Below, one piece after another: positions 14,790 through 15,156 of a DNA stretch of 15,156 bases (its first letter is position 1; each line of letters opens with the position of its first letter). The translations under genes and the position numbers were made by a program. Origin of the DNA: a virus. Lineage: Duplodnaviria > Heunggongvirae > Uroviricota > Caudoviricetes. Under the pieces are notes generated by a model that saw nothing but the letters and a program-made list of their open reading frames with translations, ran no database searches and was not told where the DNA came from. The stretch spans positions 64,001-79,156 of the IMG/VR virus record IMGVR_UViG_3300046791_000283. One strand, written 5' to 3'.

Positions 14790-15156
14790 ATGGGAAGAAT
14801 AATTGCCCTCACCGCCAAAAACAGAAATGGCGTGAATTTCACTAAACCACGGGTGGTTTATTTGAATGAAGATTTAATCATGGTAACACCTGGTGGAGAG
14901 TCAACCGATCCAACCAAGGTAGTTGAAGAGAATCAGTATGGCACAAAGAACACGTTTCTTTTGTACGAAAAAGCCATGCAGATTGAAGTGGCTAGAAATC
15001 CAGCCACTACGGATCTTTACCTGAAAAAACTGATTGCATCAGCCCTTGCTGGAGCAGGTACAACACAGGGAGCGGGCACGGTTTTATCAGCATTGGTTTA
15101 CCTCAATGAGGCCCTAACCATTGGTGCTGGCGCTACCGAGGCCTTCGTACTTCCAG
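14790..15156 (+). CDS. Putative virion structural/decoration protein (3'-truncated; absent from the ORF track)
   Basis: Open from the ATG at 14790 to the window end: MGRIIALTAKNRNGVNFTKPRVVYLNEDLI...LAGAGTTQGAGTVLSALVYLNEALTIGAGATEAFVLP. The AGTTQ..AT.L...N.V.....V.LP-type motif occurs in phage structural proteins. The UTR is A-rich. Confidence 0.6.
   Translation, partial: MGRIIALTAKNRNGVNFTKPRVVYLNEDLIMVTPGGESTDPTKVVEENQYGTKNTFLLYEKAMQIEVARNPATTDLYLKKLIASALAGAGTTQGAGTVLSALVYLNEALTIGAGATEAFVLP

Larger units (their letters stand above)
1..15156. mobile_element. Bacteriophage (or prophage) structural gene region, probably Bacteroidota-infecting and crAss-like/podovirus-type
   Basis: Co-oriented, tightly packed scaffold-MCP-structural-fibre genes. 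No housekeeping genes. 5' UTRs are SD-less and A-rich. A Bacteroidota-type promoter lies at 14139-14169. No attachment site or host gene is visible, so free phage versus prophage cannot be decided. Confidence 0.88.

Noticed and set aside
14068-14790. CRISPR or mini-CRISPR array
   Set aside because: The only repeats are a 12-nt tandem pair with a 2-nt gap and a 9-nt pair; there is no regular repeat-spacer periodicity.
1-15156. Stop-codon reassignment as seen in some crAss-like phages
   Set aside because: All genes are long and intact in code 11. Stops are TAA or TGA (TAG only on tiny ORFs), and no gene is fragmented by in-frame TAG/TGA.

Overview
The window is a bacteriophage virion-morphogenesis region, most likely from a Bacteroidota-infecting, crAss-like/podovirus-type phage or prophage. 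This is judged from protein motifs, SD-less A-rich 5' UTRs and a canonical Bacteroidota sigma-A promoter. A minus-strand operon runs from 13673 off the left edge: Pro-rich putative scaffold, major capsid protein, a conserved post-MCP protein, two small structural proteins, two large modular tail-fibre-like proteins, a 416-aa tail protein and a truncated SGNH/GDSL esterase. Two intrinsic terminators sit inside it. At ~13.7 kb the strand switches. The plus strand carries a stand-alone AntA-like gene, a DnaA-box pair with an AT-rich tract, and a TTTG-N19-TAnnTTTG promoter. That promoter appears to drive a ~290-nt, ORF-poor, multi-domain structured RNA with a possible terminator/anti-terminator pairing. 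A small basic ORF and a truncated structural gene follow. The RNA is the most interesting element. All family assignments come from motif recognition by eye; no searches or folding programs were run.
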